Shown: positions 1 through 11,984 of the stretch, in pieces
Position numbering within the stretch: position 1 is the stretch's first letter
Layout: every line of letters begins with the position of its first letter
DNA from: the human T2T-CHM13v2.0 reference genome, Homo sapiens
Length of the DNA: 64,000 nt
Reading direction: 5' to 3' (one strand)
Assembly (NCBI RefSeq): GCF_009914755.1
Contig: NC_060930.1
The notes under the pieces: model-generated
Database searches by the model: none
Seen by the model: only the letters and a program-made list of their open reading frames with translations
What the model was told of the DNA's origin: nothing
Position numbers and translations under genes: made by a program

Positions 1-265
1 TGCATTTCCATAATGACTAATAATGTCGAGCATCTTCTAACGTGTTTATTTGCCATCTGTATATCTTTTTGTTAAAGTATCTATTTAAATCTTTTGCTCA
101 TTTAAAAAATTGAGCTGTTTGTCTTATTATTGAATCACAGTAGCTCAATAATAAGGTCTTTGTTGGATATATGTTTTTTGTTGAAGCTATGATTTGCAAA
201 TATTTTTTATACCAGTCTGTGGCTTGCCTTTTCATTTCCAATAATTTATTTTTAAACATAGTGAA
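1..265 (-). mobile_element. L1M (old LINE-1) fragment
   Basis: tgcatttcc...atgactaataatgtcgagcatctt...tttgccatctgtatatctt is typical antisense L1 3' ORF2 sequence. Confidence 0.8.
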
Positions 266-374
266 TCTGACATTTCTATGAGACATACAAGTAGAGCTCT
301 CCAGCAGGGAGTCAGATATGGAGGTCTAGAGTCTAGAAGAACTAGATGAAGACTCAGGATCTGTGAGTGAAAGG

Positions 375-670
375 AGAAGATGACTACAAAGGGGCAGGAA
401 GCACCATTTGGGGGTGATTGAACTGTTCTATGTCTTGATTTTAGTGGTGGTTATATATGGCTGTATACAATTATACACACTCAGAACTGTACACCCAAAA
501 CAGTGAATTTTACTTTTGTAAATTTACCTTAATAAAACAATTTTAATGGGGCAATAGTTGAAACAAACAAAAAAGTTGATCATTATTGAAGCTGGGTGAT
601 GAGTACATGAGGGTACTTTATATTATTCTCTGGTTGTTTGTAGGTTAAATTTCCAAAGTAAAAAGGAATA
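375..670 (+). mobile_element. L1MB/MC/ME-type 3' end fragments
   Basis: gggggtgattgaactgttctatgtcttgatt...agaactgtacac and gaagctgggtgatgagtacatgaggg resemble old L1 3' UTR motifs. Confidence 0.65.
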
Positions 671-699
671 AAAACAACAGCAATGACAGAGCAAACCCC

Positions 700-1530
700 T
701 TGACCTCACATTCCCCTCTCACAATCATACCACTTCTGGGCCTCCTGTCTAAAAAAATTTCTTGAAAGAGTTGACTACAGACACAATTTTCGCATCTTCA
801 CCTTCCATTCAAGCTTTTCTCCCCACAACTCCGTGGACTCATGTCAAGGTTCTTGAGGTCATTGAAGACCTATTGACCTTCATGTAGCCCAAACAAGAGG
901 TCATTTTCTTTCCTCACTTGACTCATCTCTCAGCGACATTCGTTAGTTTCTTTTCTTGGTCTCTGTCTCATCTTTCATACTCTTGGTGTTCCTCCTCTCT
1001 ATTCACATCTTTTTAGTTTCATTTTCTGTCTTCTCTTTCCAAAACCTCTAAACTGTGACATGTATGAGGGTTAGCTTCTTAGCCCCAGTTCGCTCTCTCT
1101 TTTTTTTTTTTACACTCTTACTTCATCAGGGACTATGGCTTTAAATACTGTCTCTATGCCTATGACCACCAAATCAACACCTATGGCCCTGACCTCACCC
1201 CAAAGCCCCAAAGTCATATATCTAATGTCTTATTTGACATCTTCATCTGGAAGTCTACTAGGCTTCTCAAAAGTAAAATGTCTACAAAATTGAAAGGGTT
1301 ATTTTCTCATACCTGTACTCTAGCCTACATATCCCAGTAAATGGCACTGTGTCCCCCAAGTCACTTGAGCTAAAAACTTAGAAATCATCCTTGCCTCCTC
1401 TCTTGCCATCTGTCATCTCCCACCATCCCCATTATTATCCATCTACTTCTGAAACGCTTACTGAATGCTTTCAATTTTCATTTCCACTACCATGATCCTA
1501 ATTCAAGCTACCATATCCTTAGCTGTATGC
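700..1530 (+). mobile_element. L2 fragment
   Basis: Pyrimidine-rich, with L2 motifs ccctgacctc...tatatctaatg...ttgacatcttcatctggaagtct and aaaaacttagaaatcatcctt. Confidence 0.7.
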
Positions 1531-1683
1531 GTTTCTTGCCCCTACTCCTCTCTTTGATAAATATTTATGCTTAATTTAAGTTCTAAATTTCCATATGTAG
1601 TTTTATGAATGGTGCCTATAATATATGAAACTTTAAATTTAAATTTCTATAAAACTACAACACTCTACTCTTTCGTTTCTTAG

Positions 1684-1835
1684 AGACAGAGCCTGAATTT
1701 TTTAAAGTAGTACTGAAGAAAATTGAGGCATTTTATTAAAATGAAGATGGGGAAAATATGGAAATCCCCTGTCTAGTTCAAAGTCAAGACTGCATAGCTA
1801 AATTTGAAGACGGAGTTTAGTGCCAAGTCACTGTT
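1684..1835 (+). pseudogene. RNF17: Decayed copy of one RNF17 (TDRD4) Tudor-domain exon; not the functional gene
   Basis: 1713-1826 translates [36 protein letters not shown], 24/38 identical to recalled RNF17 [38 protein letters not shown]. Stops at 1737-1739 and 1818-1820. Preceded by a polypyrimidine tract and TAG acceptor (1681-1683). Confidence 0.8.
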
Positions 1836-2342
1836 AAGAAAGTACATGCTCTTTGTGCAGGGAAATCGAATGCTTGAAAACCAATAATATTTGGACTGGT
1901 TGGTACAGATTAAATCTTGGAAGTAACCTTCTGGTTTTGGTCTGTCTTTAGAAACATGGAGATAATCCTAGGAGAGAGAAACACTGGTTCCTTTTAGATC
2001 TGTTTGATTTCATTAGGACTAATTTATCAGTAAGCCATTGGGAACCTGGAAATTAGTAGATGAACAAGGCAGCACAAGTTAATTAATTAAAAATTAATTA
2101 GTCACCACAAATTTCATGTCAGCTGCTCACAGGTCTATGTTTTTTGTTGTTGTTATTGGTCTGGATACAAACAAGAAAAAGTCCTTATGTTCCTTATCTC
2201 ACTTCTGACTTAATAGATCAAGCTCTTTTGGTTTTTCTCTTAAGAATTATTTACCAAAGTGTCAATATCTTGGAACCTTTCCCCAAATTTTCTACAATCT
2301 CCTTAAATCAAGTACTGCAATAGAATATTTTTATAGAAAAGA

Positions 2343-2645
<303 letters not shown>

Positions 2646-2737
2646 AAGTACTATAGAAAAGAATGGCAGTGAGGTTTTGGAGACAGAAGAATCAGAAAAA
2701 TAGTAGTAGGTACTAGCAATAAAAATAGAAAAACTTT

Positions 2738-3023
<286 letters not shown>

Positions 3024-3527
3024 AGAAAAACTTACAGGTATTTTCCTGGTATTGGCTAAGAGAACAGTTTAGAGCAGGTAGCACATCAGTGTAAGAATCT
3101 GATGCATATCAAGCCTTACATAATTGTCACATATACCATGAGCAATTTCCCCAATCATGTTATGATTTTTGAATATAATTTGTTAAAAAAAAAAAGGTTA
3201 AGTTCAATTTTGATTTTAGTCTATTTTGGTCATTTCTAAGTAATCCAGAATCTTTACTAGTCAGTCTGAATATTTTGCCAGTTCTTTATCTCATATAAGT
3301 ATAGTTTTATTATTCCTATCTATATTTTTCAAACCTTTCTCTGTAATCATTGAATTTAATTCTATGGATAGTTGGTGATTTTAACTAGTTAAGAATTCTT
3401 TGAGCATGGGTCTTTGTGAACATACCATTTTCTTTTTTTGGTAATCCAAATAGTGAGCAAACATGTGCTTTATGACTCTACAGATTTTCCCAACTAATTT
3501 AAAACTATGATTATTGGCTGCAAACCA

Positions 3528-3658
3528 TTTCTTTATTTATTTATGACAGGGTCTTTCTATGTTGCCCAGGCTGGTTGCAAACTCCTGGCCTTAAGCAACT
3601 GTCCTACCTCAGACTCTGAAAGTGCTGGAATTACAAGTGCGAGCCACCATGCCCAGCC
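3528..3658 (-). mobile_element. FLAM / Alu left monomer
   Basis: tatgttgcccaggctgg...aaagtgctggaattacaagtgcgagccacc. Confidence 0.85.
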
Positions 3659-4139
3659 TAATATTATTTATTGAATGGACAGTATGTCCGCTGAAATTTT
3701 AGGATATAAAATTTGAAGGAAAGATTAGTTTCTATGATGATTTCTAGGCTGTGAATAAATTTAAACATATATGATGCATTTGTCATATCTCCCTCTATCC
3801 CTGGTTTGGTGAATGGTAGCTTTGTAGTGTGTTTTTTTTTTTTTTTTTTTAACAAAGTGACACGTGTGTAGTTTAAAAAGTCAAATAATTCTAAAAACGT
3901 TTATAACAAAATACTGCCACACACACACAAAGATCCACTCCACTCTTCAGCAGCAACTACATAAAATAGCAGTTTCTTTTGGTGTTTACCAGTATATTTT
4001 CTTTAAATAACATGTATATTGCTGCCTTTTAATACTTTACAATTGTATTTTGATTTACTATGATAGGTGATAATCTCAGCTTTAATATAGCCCCCCCTTC
4101 TCTCTCCCCCAACATATTTGTAACTTCATGAAAGTAGAA

Positions 4140-4240
4140 ACCTTGCTTGAATTGTTCATTGCTGTATCCTCAGCACTTAGAACAATATAGCACATGTACA
4201 TTCTCCATCAAATACATTTTTTTTCAATGAATGAATAAAC
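4140..4240 (+). mobile_element. L2 3' end
   Basis: ttgttcattgctgtatcctcagcacttagaaca...aatgaatgaataaa. Confidence 0.75.
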
Positions 4241-4419
4241 CTAGAGAGATCCAGGACTGGGACTACCTGTCATAACAAGCATGTTAATTAACAGGAATTT
4301 GTTTTGGCTGCCACTTGCGTGGCTTCAAATCTGGAAGGAAGCTCTAAAAGCACTGTTGCCTTCTTTGGTTTGGCATTAAGCAAGCATTTTTTGAGTGTCT
4401 GCCATGTGTCATCACCAGA

Positions 4420-4680
4420 AAATATGTTAAGAGCACAGCCTTTGTAGTCAAACATATGGGGTATCAATCTTGTTTTGCCACATTCCAGCTATATCACCTT
4501 GGAAAAATTAATGTCTCTGAGTCTCAGTTTCGCCATCTATGAAATAGGATGATAATAATCCTGATGTCCTGAGTTTTGTGGAGGTTAAATAAAATAATGC
4601 ATGTAAATTATTCAAGATTGTATTTTGGCACTAAATAAATATCCAGAACATAGTCAGTGTTATCATTAAGTATTATTAGT
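4420..4680 (+). mobile_element. MIR
   Basis: gttaagagcacag...ctcagtttcgccatctatgaaataggatgataata (MIR core). Confidence 0.8.
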
Positions 4681-5934
4681 TTCTATGATGGCCACAGCTA
4701 TTCTGTGGGATTAATAGGAGTATTAGTGGGGGATGGTAATGAGTGAGGGATAAAGTATTGTGCCTAAAAGTCACCTTTTCCAGGAAGATTCCCTGATAAA
4801 CTACTCTTGCTGACTGCTTCTTGGCTTCATATATTCATCGCTTATATATTGTATGTTGTTGCTTGGATCTTCTTGTAAGTTATTTTTTCTTTTCCTTAAA
4901 CCTCATCATTGGGGCTGCAAGGCTCTTCTCTCTTTTCAAGAGTTTCCTAATGTTTAATTTAATTATATATTCCTTTCTATTCCCCTTTTCTGCTAACAAC
5001 CTTTGAAAAGTATTTAATGTGTATCACTTAGCTTTAAGTGTTTTTGAAAAATGTCTACCAGTGTCTTCTGTGCAAGTTCTTCTAATTTCCTCAAATGCTA
5101 TTGTGTTACTATCTGTCACTCTGTTTCTCACCAAGCACTGTTTTTGTGCTGTGCACATGTTGCTATGGACATGTCTACTCTGTTCTTCTTAAGGACACAA
5201 AGTACTCCATGGTGTGCATTTACCACATTATATCTATTCACTCCTCCATCAATTCCCAGATTACCTTCAATTCCCTACCACCATAAACAAATAAACAAAA
5301 ATCTTGCAAAGAAAATCCTGTACATGTCACTTTAAAGCTTGTGCTGAGCAAGTCTTAAGAATATATTCTAAGTGTGGAATTGTTGAGACAGTATGAAGCT
5401 ATATACTCCTTGACAGTTGTTCTCAAGTATCTCTTTCTGGATGCATGTTATATATCCCTAATTAGCTTGTGAGCAGTGAGGTCACTTTCAGCTCTTCAAA
5501 CAAAAAACAGTGAAGAGAAAGCTGGTCCAACACTGGGATAAGTGGTGCCTTAAAGTGGCAAGTGGAACATAAGTAGACTCATTCTACTTCTAAGTGTCTA
5601 TAGAAATGTAAGTAGGGAAAGTGTGCTACTCATTTGTTATTTTTATAGCCCATCAACAAGAGAACTTGCTGGCATTATCTGTATAGCATGTGGAGAACCC
5701 CAAACACAATAATCCAAAAGTAATTTTAAAAAAAACACCAAAAGGAATCCAGGAACTAATTGGTTGTGATTGGTTTTAATAGTTTTGTGCCTTTACAGGG
5801 CAGAGAGGGCATGATCTTGTCCCTGACTTGAACATTTTATGCTAATCTGCAATCATAAGAAGTCATAAAATCACCAGGGCTCAAGAAGGTGCAGAGTAGA
5901 ACAGAAAGGAATTGGGTTCTAAAGGTAGATTTAT

Positions 5935-6250
5935 TTGTTTTTTTTTCTCCTATTTTTATTTTGACAAACTTCAAATTTTAGAAAAGTTGCAAGAAGAATA
6001 TGTAAACACCTTTCTACTCTTCATGAAGATCCACTAAGTGTTACCATTTTACCACATTTGCTCTGTCTCTTTCTCTCTCCATTCACCCACCCGTCTACCT
6101 ACCATTTGAATGTTCTCCCATAAATATTCAGCACTCCTTTCCTAAGAACAAAAGAATTCTCACCAATAACCAAAATACAGTCTCACACTAGGCAAATTTA
6201 ACATTGGTACAAGGCTTTTATCTAATGCAAAGTTTATATTCAAATGTTTA
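5935..6250 (-). mobile_element. L1MC/ME-type 3' fragment
   Basis: ttattttgacaaacttcaaattttagaaaagttgcaagaa motif. Confidence 0.6.
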
Positions 6251-6253
6251 GGA

Positions 6254-6440
6254 CAGGGTTCAGCAAACTTCTTCAGTATCGGGCCAGACAGTAACTATTT
6301 TAATCTTTTCAGGTCAGACATTCTCTGTTGCAACTAGTCAACTTTGTAACGGTAGAGTGGAAGCAGCTACAGACAATGCATAACACAAATGAGTGTGGTT
6401 AGGTCCCAATAAAACTTTATTTACAGAAACAGATGGTGGT
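6254..6440 (+). mobile_element. MER58A (hAT-Charlie DNA transposon)
   Basis: cagggttcagcaaactt...gggccagacagtaactatttt...ccaataaaactttatttacagaaacag. Confidence 0.8.
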
Positions 6441-6704
6441 ATGGTCTAGAATTTTTATTATTTTAAAAAATTGGTGCTAGATTTTATTTTAGCCTTATAA
6501 ATCTCATAATTCAAGATGTATTACAGAATTCAGTCTTGGTTTTGAAAAGCTTTTGCTATGGATTGCCATGGATTGGATTATTCAACCATATATCATTTTA
6601 CCTCTTACATTTCTTCATTTCTGTGAATCTAGTTTCAGCAGATCTACCTCTTTTTTATTTGACAAGACCAATATTTACCATAACTAATACATGGCTTTGT
6701 CTCT

Positions 6705-7200
6705 TTTTTTAAAAAAAAATGTGTTAAAATATATATTTTAACACAAAATTTACCACTGTACCCATTTTTAAGTGTATAGTTCAGTGGCATTAAGAACATT
6801 CACATTGTTGTGCAACCATCATCACTGTACATCACCAGAAATTTTCATCTTCTCCAACTGGAAATATGTATCTATTAAAAAGTTAGCTCACCATTCTTCC
6901 CTCTCCTGAGCCCTGGCAACCATAATTCTACTTTTTGTCCCTGTGAATTTGACTGCTCTAGCTACCTCATATAAGTGGAATAATATAGTATTTGTCTTTC
7001 TGTGACTGGCTTGTTCACTTAGCATATCCTCAAAGTTCATCTATTTTGCAGCATGTGTAGAATTTTATTCCTTTTTAAGGCTGAATATTTTCCATTGTAC
7101 GTATATGCCATATTTTGTTTATCAATTCACCCCTCAATGGACAACTAGGTTGCTTTTACCTTTTGACTTTTGTGAATAATGCTGCTATAAACATGTGTTC
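6705..7200 (-). mobile_element. L1MB 3' end
   Basis: aagtgtatagttcagtggcattaag...cattcacattgttgtgcaaccatc...acctcatataagtggaat. Confidence 0.85.
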
Positions 7201-7349
7201 CAGACTCATTTTTAAAGCATGAGTTTTCTTTCTGTCTAGTTCTAGCATCAGCCATGAACCTGAAGTGCCACATTTAACATAATAGTGTCATTTAGAAATT
7301 AGCTCAATAGAAGATATCTAGGCAAACAAGTCATAGATGAAGTAATCTC

Positions 7350-8530
7350 CTCCCTCCACCCCCTCCTTCAAGAATTCAGCATTTCTTGCCTGAATATTGC
7401 TATAGCCAAGTCTCCTTGCCCCCAGATTTGTCCTGTTTCCCACTGCACTGGAATGACATATCTAAAATGCAGAATTGATTACATCACTCCCCTGACTGAG
7501 ACATTTCCATAGCTCTCCATTTCCTCCAAGACTCAATCTAATGATCTCAGCCTGGTGTATCAGAACCTCAAATATTCTAGCTCTTACCTGTCTCCCCATT
7601 CTTACCTCCTGCCATCTCCAGCCTTTCATTTCATATTTCAGCAGTACTGAGCTGCTTCTTATCATGTCCTCCTTCAAAATAAAGGAAAACAATAAATGAT
7701 GTCTTTGTTCTTTGTTCTATCTGCCTGGAAAGCTTTTTCTCCCTTTTCTTTGCTGGAAGATTATCCTTCAAGATTAAACTTTGGTAGTAATGCTTCCAGG
7801 AAACCTGGTCCAGACAAGCCCCACCCCTTCTCCCCTCAGGTTGGGTGCCCCAGGGCATCCTGTATTTAGCCCTGTCCTAACATCAAATTGAAATGATCTG
7901 CATAACTTTTTCTTTTCAGATGACTTAACCCCCTCAAAGATAGGGGCCATGCTTTAGTAATCTTTTCACCCCTAGTGCCCAAAGAACGGAATGCCAGAAA
8001 CCTAGTAGGTGTTTAATAAATGTTTTTGAAATCGAACAAAATTACGTTCTTACAAGGGAAGGCTCTTTGTGAGCTGTTCCAGTGCAACTAACCAGCTTCA
8101 TTCATGCTATTCCAGTCTCTCCTCAGCCATGTGCTCCAGCCACATCTAATTCTAGTGCTTCTCTAAGTTAGCAAGGAACTTCCATGCCCCAGGGCCAATG
8201 CTCATTCCTGACTCTCTGAAATTCCTTACACTTCTCTTCCTAAGGTAGTCCTATTCATTCCTTAATACCAAGCCTCAATATCATTGACTTTGAGAAGTTT
8301 ACTTTGACTCTGCCAGACAGAAGGAATCCTCTGCTCTTCTGTTCCTCACAGCCCTAAAGATAACATTACATTGTAAGTAATTTATACAGATGTCTTTCAC
8401 ATAGACTGTTTGTCGAGTTAAAGAACCTTGTTTTACTCATCTTTGTGTTTCCAAAGCCTAGCACAGTGCCTGGCACATGGTCAGATGGTAGGTGTTCAAT
8501 AGGTGCTAGATAAATAAATGAATAAGTGAA
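7350..8530 (+). mobile_element. Two L2 fragments (3' ends near 8030 and 8525)
   Basis: ctagtaggtgtttaataaatgttt and cctagcacagtgcctggcacat...aataaatgaataagtgaa. Confidence 0.75.
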
Positions 8531-8739
8531 TTGTAATAGACACTTGATAACCATTGTCTGAATGGGCACAAGAAGAATCTGATACAATTTGTTTTCATAA
8601 CAGAATAATATGGCCTAATTCAGGGTCTGGGGCTCAGATGCCAAAAAAGTCTCTCTCCTCCAACCTAGCCATGTGTTTTTGTGGCTTTATGTAACCTTGT
8701 CCCTCCACAAATGTACATGGGAATGGAGGGGTACAACCC

Positions 8740-10005
8740 TGGTCCCAAAAAGGAGAAGTGAAAACATAAAATCATGACTGATGGCCTTCAGTGTCCCAGA
8801 TCAAAGTTTGAGGGAGAGGGTAATAGGGCTTTGGGTAAGAACTTCACCATAGAGAGGATGAGCTTGAAGAGGTAAGCTGAACTCAATACCAGGGTTTGCA
8901 TCTTTGCTGTGAGGTGCTGATCTTCAGAAAGATACTAGCAACACTGCTGCAGCAGCCACCTGTTGCCATGAGAGAGCTTTGGGGTAAATGGTTGCAAACA
9001 TGACAATTGAAAGAGCTGTGCTATTCAACTGAAACACTGTAATGCCTGGGCTCAGGCAGTGTTGCTGTAGGTCATACCTGAAGACAATCACAAGAAGGAA
9101 CACCTACACTCCTACCACAAGAAGCCACACCAGCCTGGGCAAATTGTCAGAGATCTCTCCTGGTCATAGTGGCAGGAGGCAGACAAATCCTAGGCAGACA
9201 GGGGTGGGTCCCTGGTGAAACCCCATCTCCAAACCAAAGACACTTTAAAGCCTAAAAGCCTAGCTACAAGCTAAATCCATGGACCAGATTGAGAACCTGT
9301 CTTCTGGTTTTGCATGTTTTCCTCTGATTGATCCCCATCCTTCACCTATTTTACATATGCCTACCCTTCCCTAATTGGTTTTTTCCGCTGTTGTGCCCAC
9401 CTTTGAGTGGTGCCTTTGTTTTAACCATTTTTGCATATTCACAAACCAATCAGCACTCACTCCCCTATTCTGAGCCCATAAAAGCCCTGGACTCAGCCAC
9501 ACTAACAGAGAAAAACCACCCGTGGTTGACCACCCTAGTGTCCCCTCTCCTCTGAGGGCTGTTTCATTGCTCAATAAAATTATTGTCTGCCTTCCTCACC
9601 CTTCAGTTGTCAGCCTATTTTCATTCTTCTTGGATGAGGGACAAGAGCTTAGAAACCACCCAGTGTGGGTATGAGTTACAACAAAGTGGGCTGAGGTATG
9701 CAGGCTGAGCTGGTGTGTAAGCCCAGCATGGCCTGGTGGGCTGAATGGGTAGGGTGTCTCCTGCATCACTGGGGTATATGAGGGGGATGGCTCTGTGTTG
9801 GTGGAGGTGGTGACAGTGCTGACAGCAAGGCAGAGGGTCAGCAGATGGATGGCTTGGTCATAGCCACATGGCTGGAGTGTGGGAATTTTCAGCCTGGCAC
9901 TCAGCAATAGTGGGCTTCTAGCTCCACCTGCCATAGAATGTTGGCAGAGCAGGCTGATGATTGGGGTATCAGGTAGACAGGGCCTTGTCTGGATTTCTGC
10001 AGCCA
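8740..10005 (-). pseudogene. Decayed cystinosin-like (PQ-loop/SLC66 family) membrane transporter gene, interrupted by a solo LTR
   Basis: Removing LTR 9164-9768 and one TSD copy gives 97 open codons, TAG (9106-9104), then 59 more open codons. YDLQQHCLSPGITVF...ALSWQQ aligns without gaps to recalled cystinosin YERGGQRVSWPAIGF...VTTWLQ. 8877-8821 AYLFKLILSMVKFLPKALL, then NF and TEG, mirrors [21 protein letters not shown]...STEG. Branch point CTAAT (10031-10027) and CAG acceptor ending at 10006. Confidence 0.65.
9164..9768 (+). mobile_element. Solo ERV1-class LTR (LTR27/28-like)
   Basis: Starts tcatagtggcaggaggcagacaaatcctaggcagac, has CCAAT and aataaa, ends gcatca; perfect 4-bp TSD CTGG (9160-9163 / 9769-9772). 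Confidence 0.85.
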
Positions 10006-11984
10006 CTGCAAGGGACTGCAGTAAAGATTAGTTCACTGATACACGCAAGACACTCTGAGGAAGTTCTTAAATATTTGGAGTGAATTATTCTGGAAAAGAC
10101 TGAAATTCTTACCAGAAGTAGTGGAGGCTTGAGGCCCTTATAAGTTAGGCCTAATTGTAAACATGGCTTATTTTGCATTCACAGGTTGGTGAAACCAGGG
10201 ACAAAGTGATGACATAGATGAAAGCAAGCTTTTGACTATTTAAGTGAAAAGATGTAATGATGGGAGGCATTATAGCCCATAATGGACAGGGCCAGAATTT
10301 TACTCATCAGCCTGGACCTCTTCACACAGGGCACTATACTCAACTCAGTTTTCTTGCAATTGGTTGGTTATGCTCGCTCCTGCAAATGCAATTTGTAAAG
10401 CGCCTTGTGTCCACAGCTCCTCAGTCTGATGGATGCCTGACAGGTGCATCTCAAAGGCTGCCCTGAGGGACCTGATTGCCCCTTCCTGACCCAGGAAACC
10501 TTGGACCCTTACCCAGGACCCCAGCTTGGCTCAGTGATGGGCCATTCCCTCCACCGTCCTCTCCTCTCATGAGTAGTTTTGCTTGGAGATCACCTTCCTG
10601 ACAGCCATTTCCCTCACACTCTGAGCCCTGTGAACTTGAACTGCAATAAACTTGAACTGCAGACCAAAAATCTAAGTGTCCTGACCACAGAATCTCATAA
10701 ATTGTGCACTAAGTTCTTCGGGAAGTGGTGGGCATATTTAAGATGGGATTAATATATTCCTTCAACATATATAAGATGAGATTAATCTCTGAGAAATGTG
10801 TTGAAGGAGAAAGACATGAAATGGACCAGAGACCTAATAAGCTGTTTTCCTCTCCAATTTTCAGGATTTTTGCAATGAATCATGTTGACATATTAAAAAA
10901 GAAAAGAAACAAAAGGACATTTCCCTTTGCCCCTATCATGGGGGCTACTTCATTTGTAGAGAAGTGAGTTATTTTAAACCATGAAGCATGCACTTGGGAA
11001 TTTGCACTTCTGGGAAGCTTTTGGCTCTTCCCATAAAGTGCTGAAAGGAACTTTGACTAGAAACAACCTCTCCACCCAGTGAATGCTGGGACTGAATGAG
11101 TTGAAAGAGATGTCTTTTTGCTTTCATTTTTTTCCACCCCCAACCCTGCATTTAAGGGGGAAAAAAGTGTCTTTTTTTTTTTTTTCCTTTGAGCCTATAC
11201 CAGACTAGTTAATAGAACAGGGTAATTCTGGATACACGTCTGTGCAAAATAGGTGAGTATAAAGAGCTGGTGAGAGGCATTTGAATGGATGTCATTGTCT
11301 TTCACAAAGCATCGTTTTGTCTCATTGTTTTCACCTAAGACTTCTTGCAAAACAACCGGCTTTGAAAGTGCAAGATCTGCTGCTTAACTCTTGAAGAGCT
11401 GACAGACATCACACCTTTTCCAGTAAAATTGTGACTGGAACTTCAATCATTTTTTTTCAGTTTCTATGCAGTAGGTGCAACAATTAGAGAGAACTGTTAG
11501 CTGACTGTCCTACACCCAGTTCTAATACTGTCAGAAGAAACTAAAAATATTCTGTGGCCAAACTATAGAGCGTCCTGCTTCTAATAAGGCAGGGTTGAAA
11601 CTAGTGAGGGGGAGGTCATATTATCCACAGAAATGGTGAGATGACACAAAACCATTGCATGAAATTTCCTTCATCTAAAAAAGGCCTTTTTATGATACTA
11701 TAATTTGGGTGAAACATACAAACCAAAGACCATTTTTAAGTAGGGCCAGCTTTTGTAGGCTATATCTAGTCACGTTTCCACTTAGTAAAAATATCAGGAT
11801 GCATTTTGGCAGAAATTTTCATTATGATGTTGTTATTCATTTGAAAATTTATTAAGGACTTCACTCGGAGGTTGTTCCAAGCCTCTGATTCTAATCAGTC
11901 TTCATTATAGAGTCTTTTGTACTGAAAGCCCTCAAGGAGATCCCCAAATAGTACAAAAACAAGGTGAAGGCACTCTAACATGTA

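Noticed and set aside
8920-9990. EamA/SLC35G-like reading of the relic peptide (LSARLKIPTLQ versus recalled SLC35G2 VSDRSKVPSLE)
   Set aside because: Cystinosin explains more: both PQ-loop regions, the gapless 37-residue linker and KLILSMVKFLP...NF...TEG in order. Kept only as a fallback for a profile search
10400-10680. Possible old ERVL LTR with a short aacttgaactgca repeat
   Set aside because: Too diverged to assign by eye
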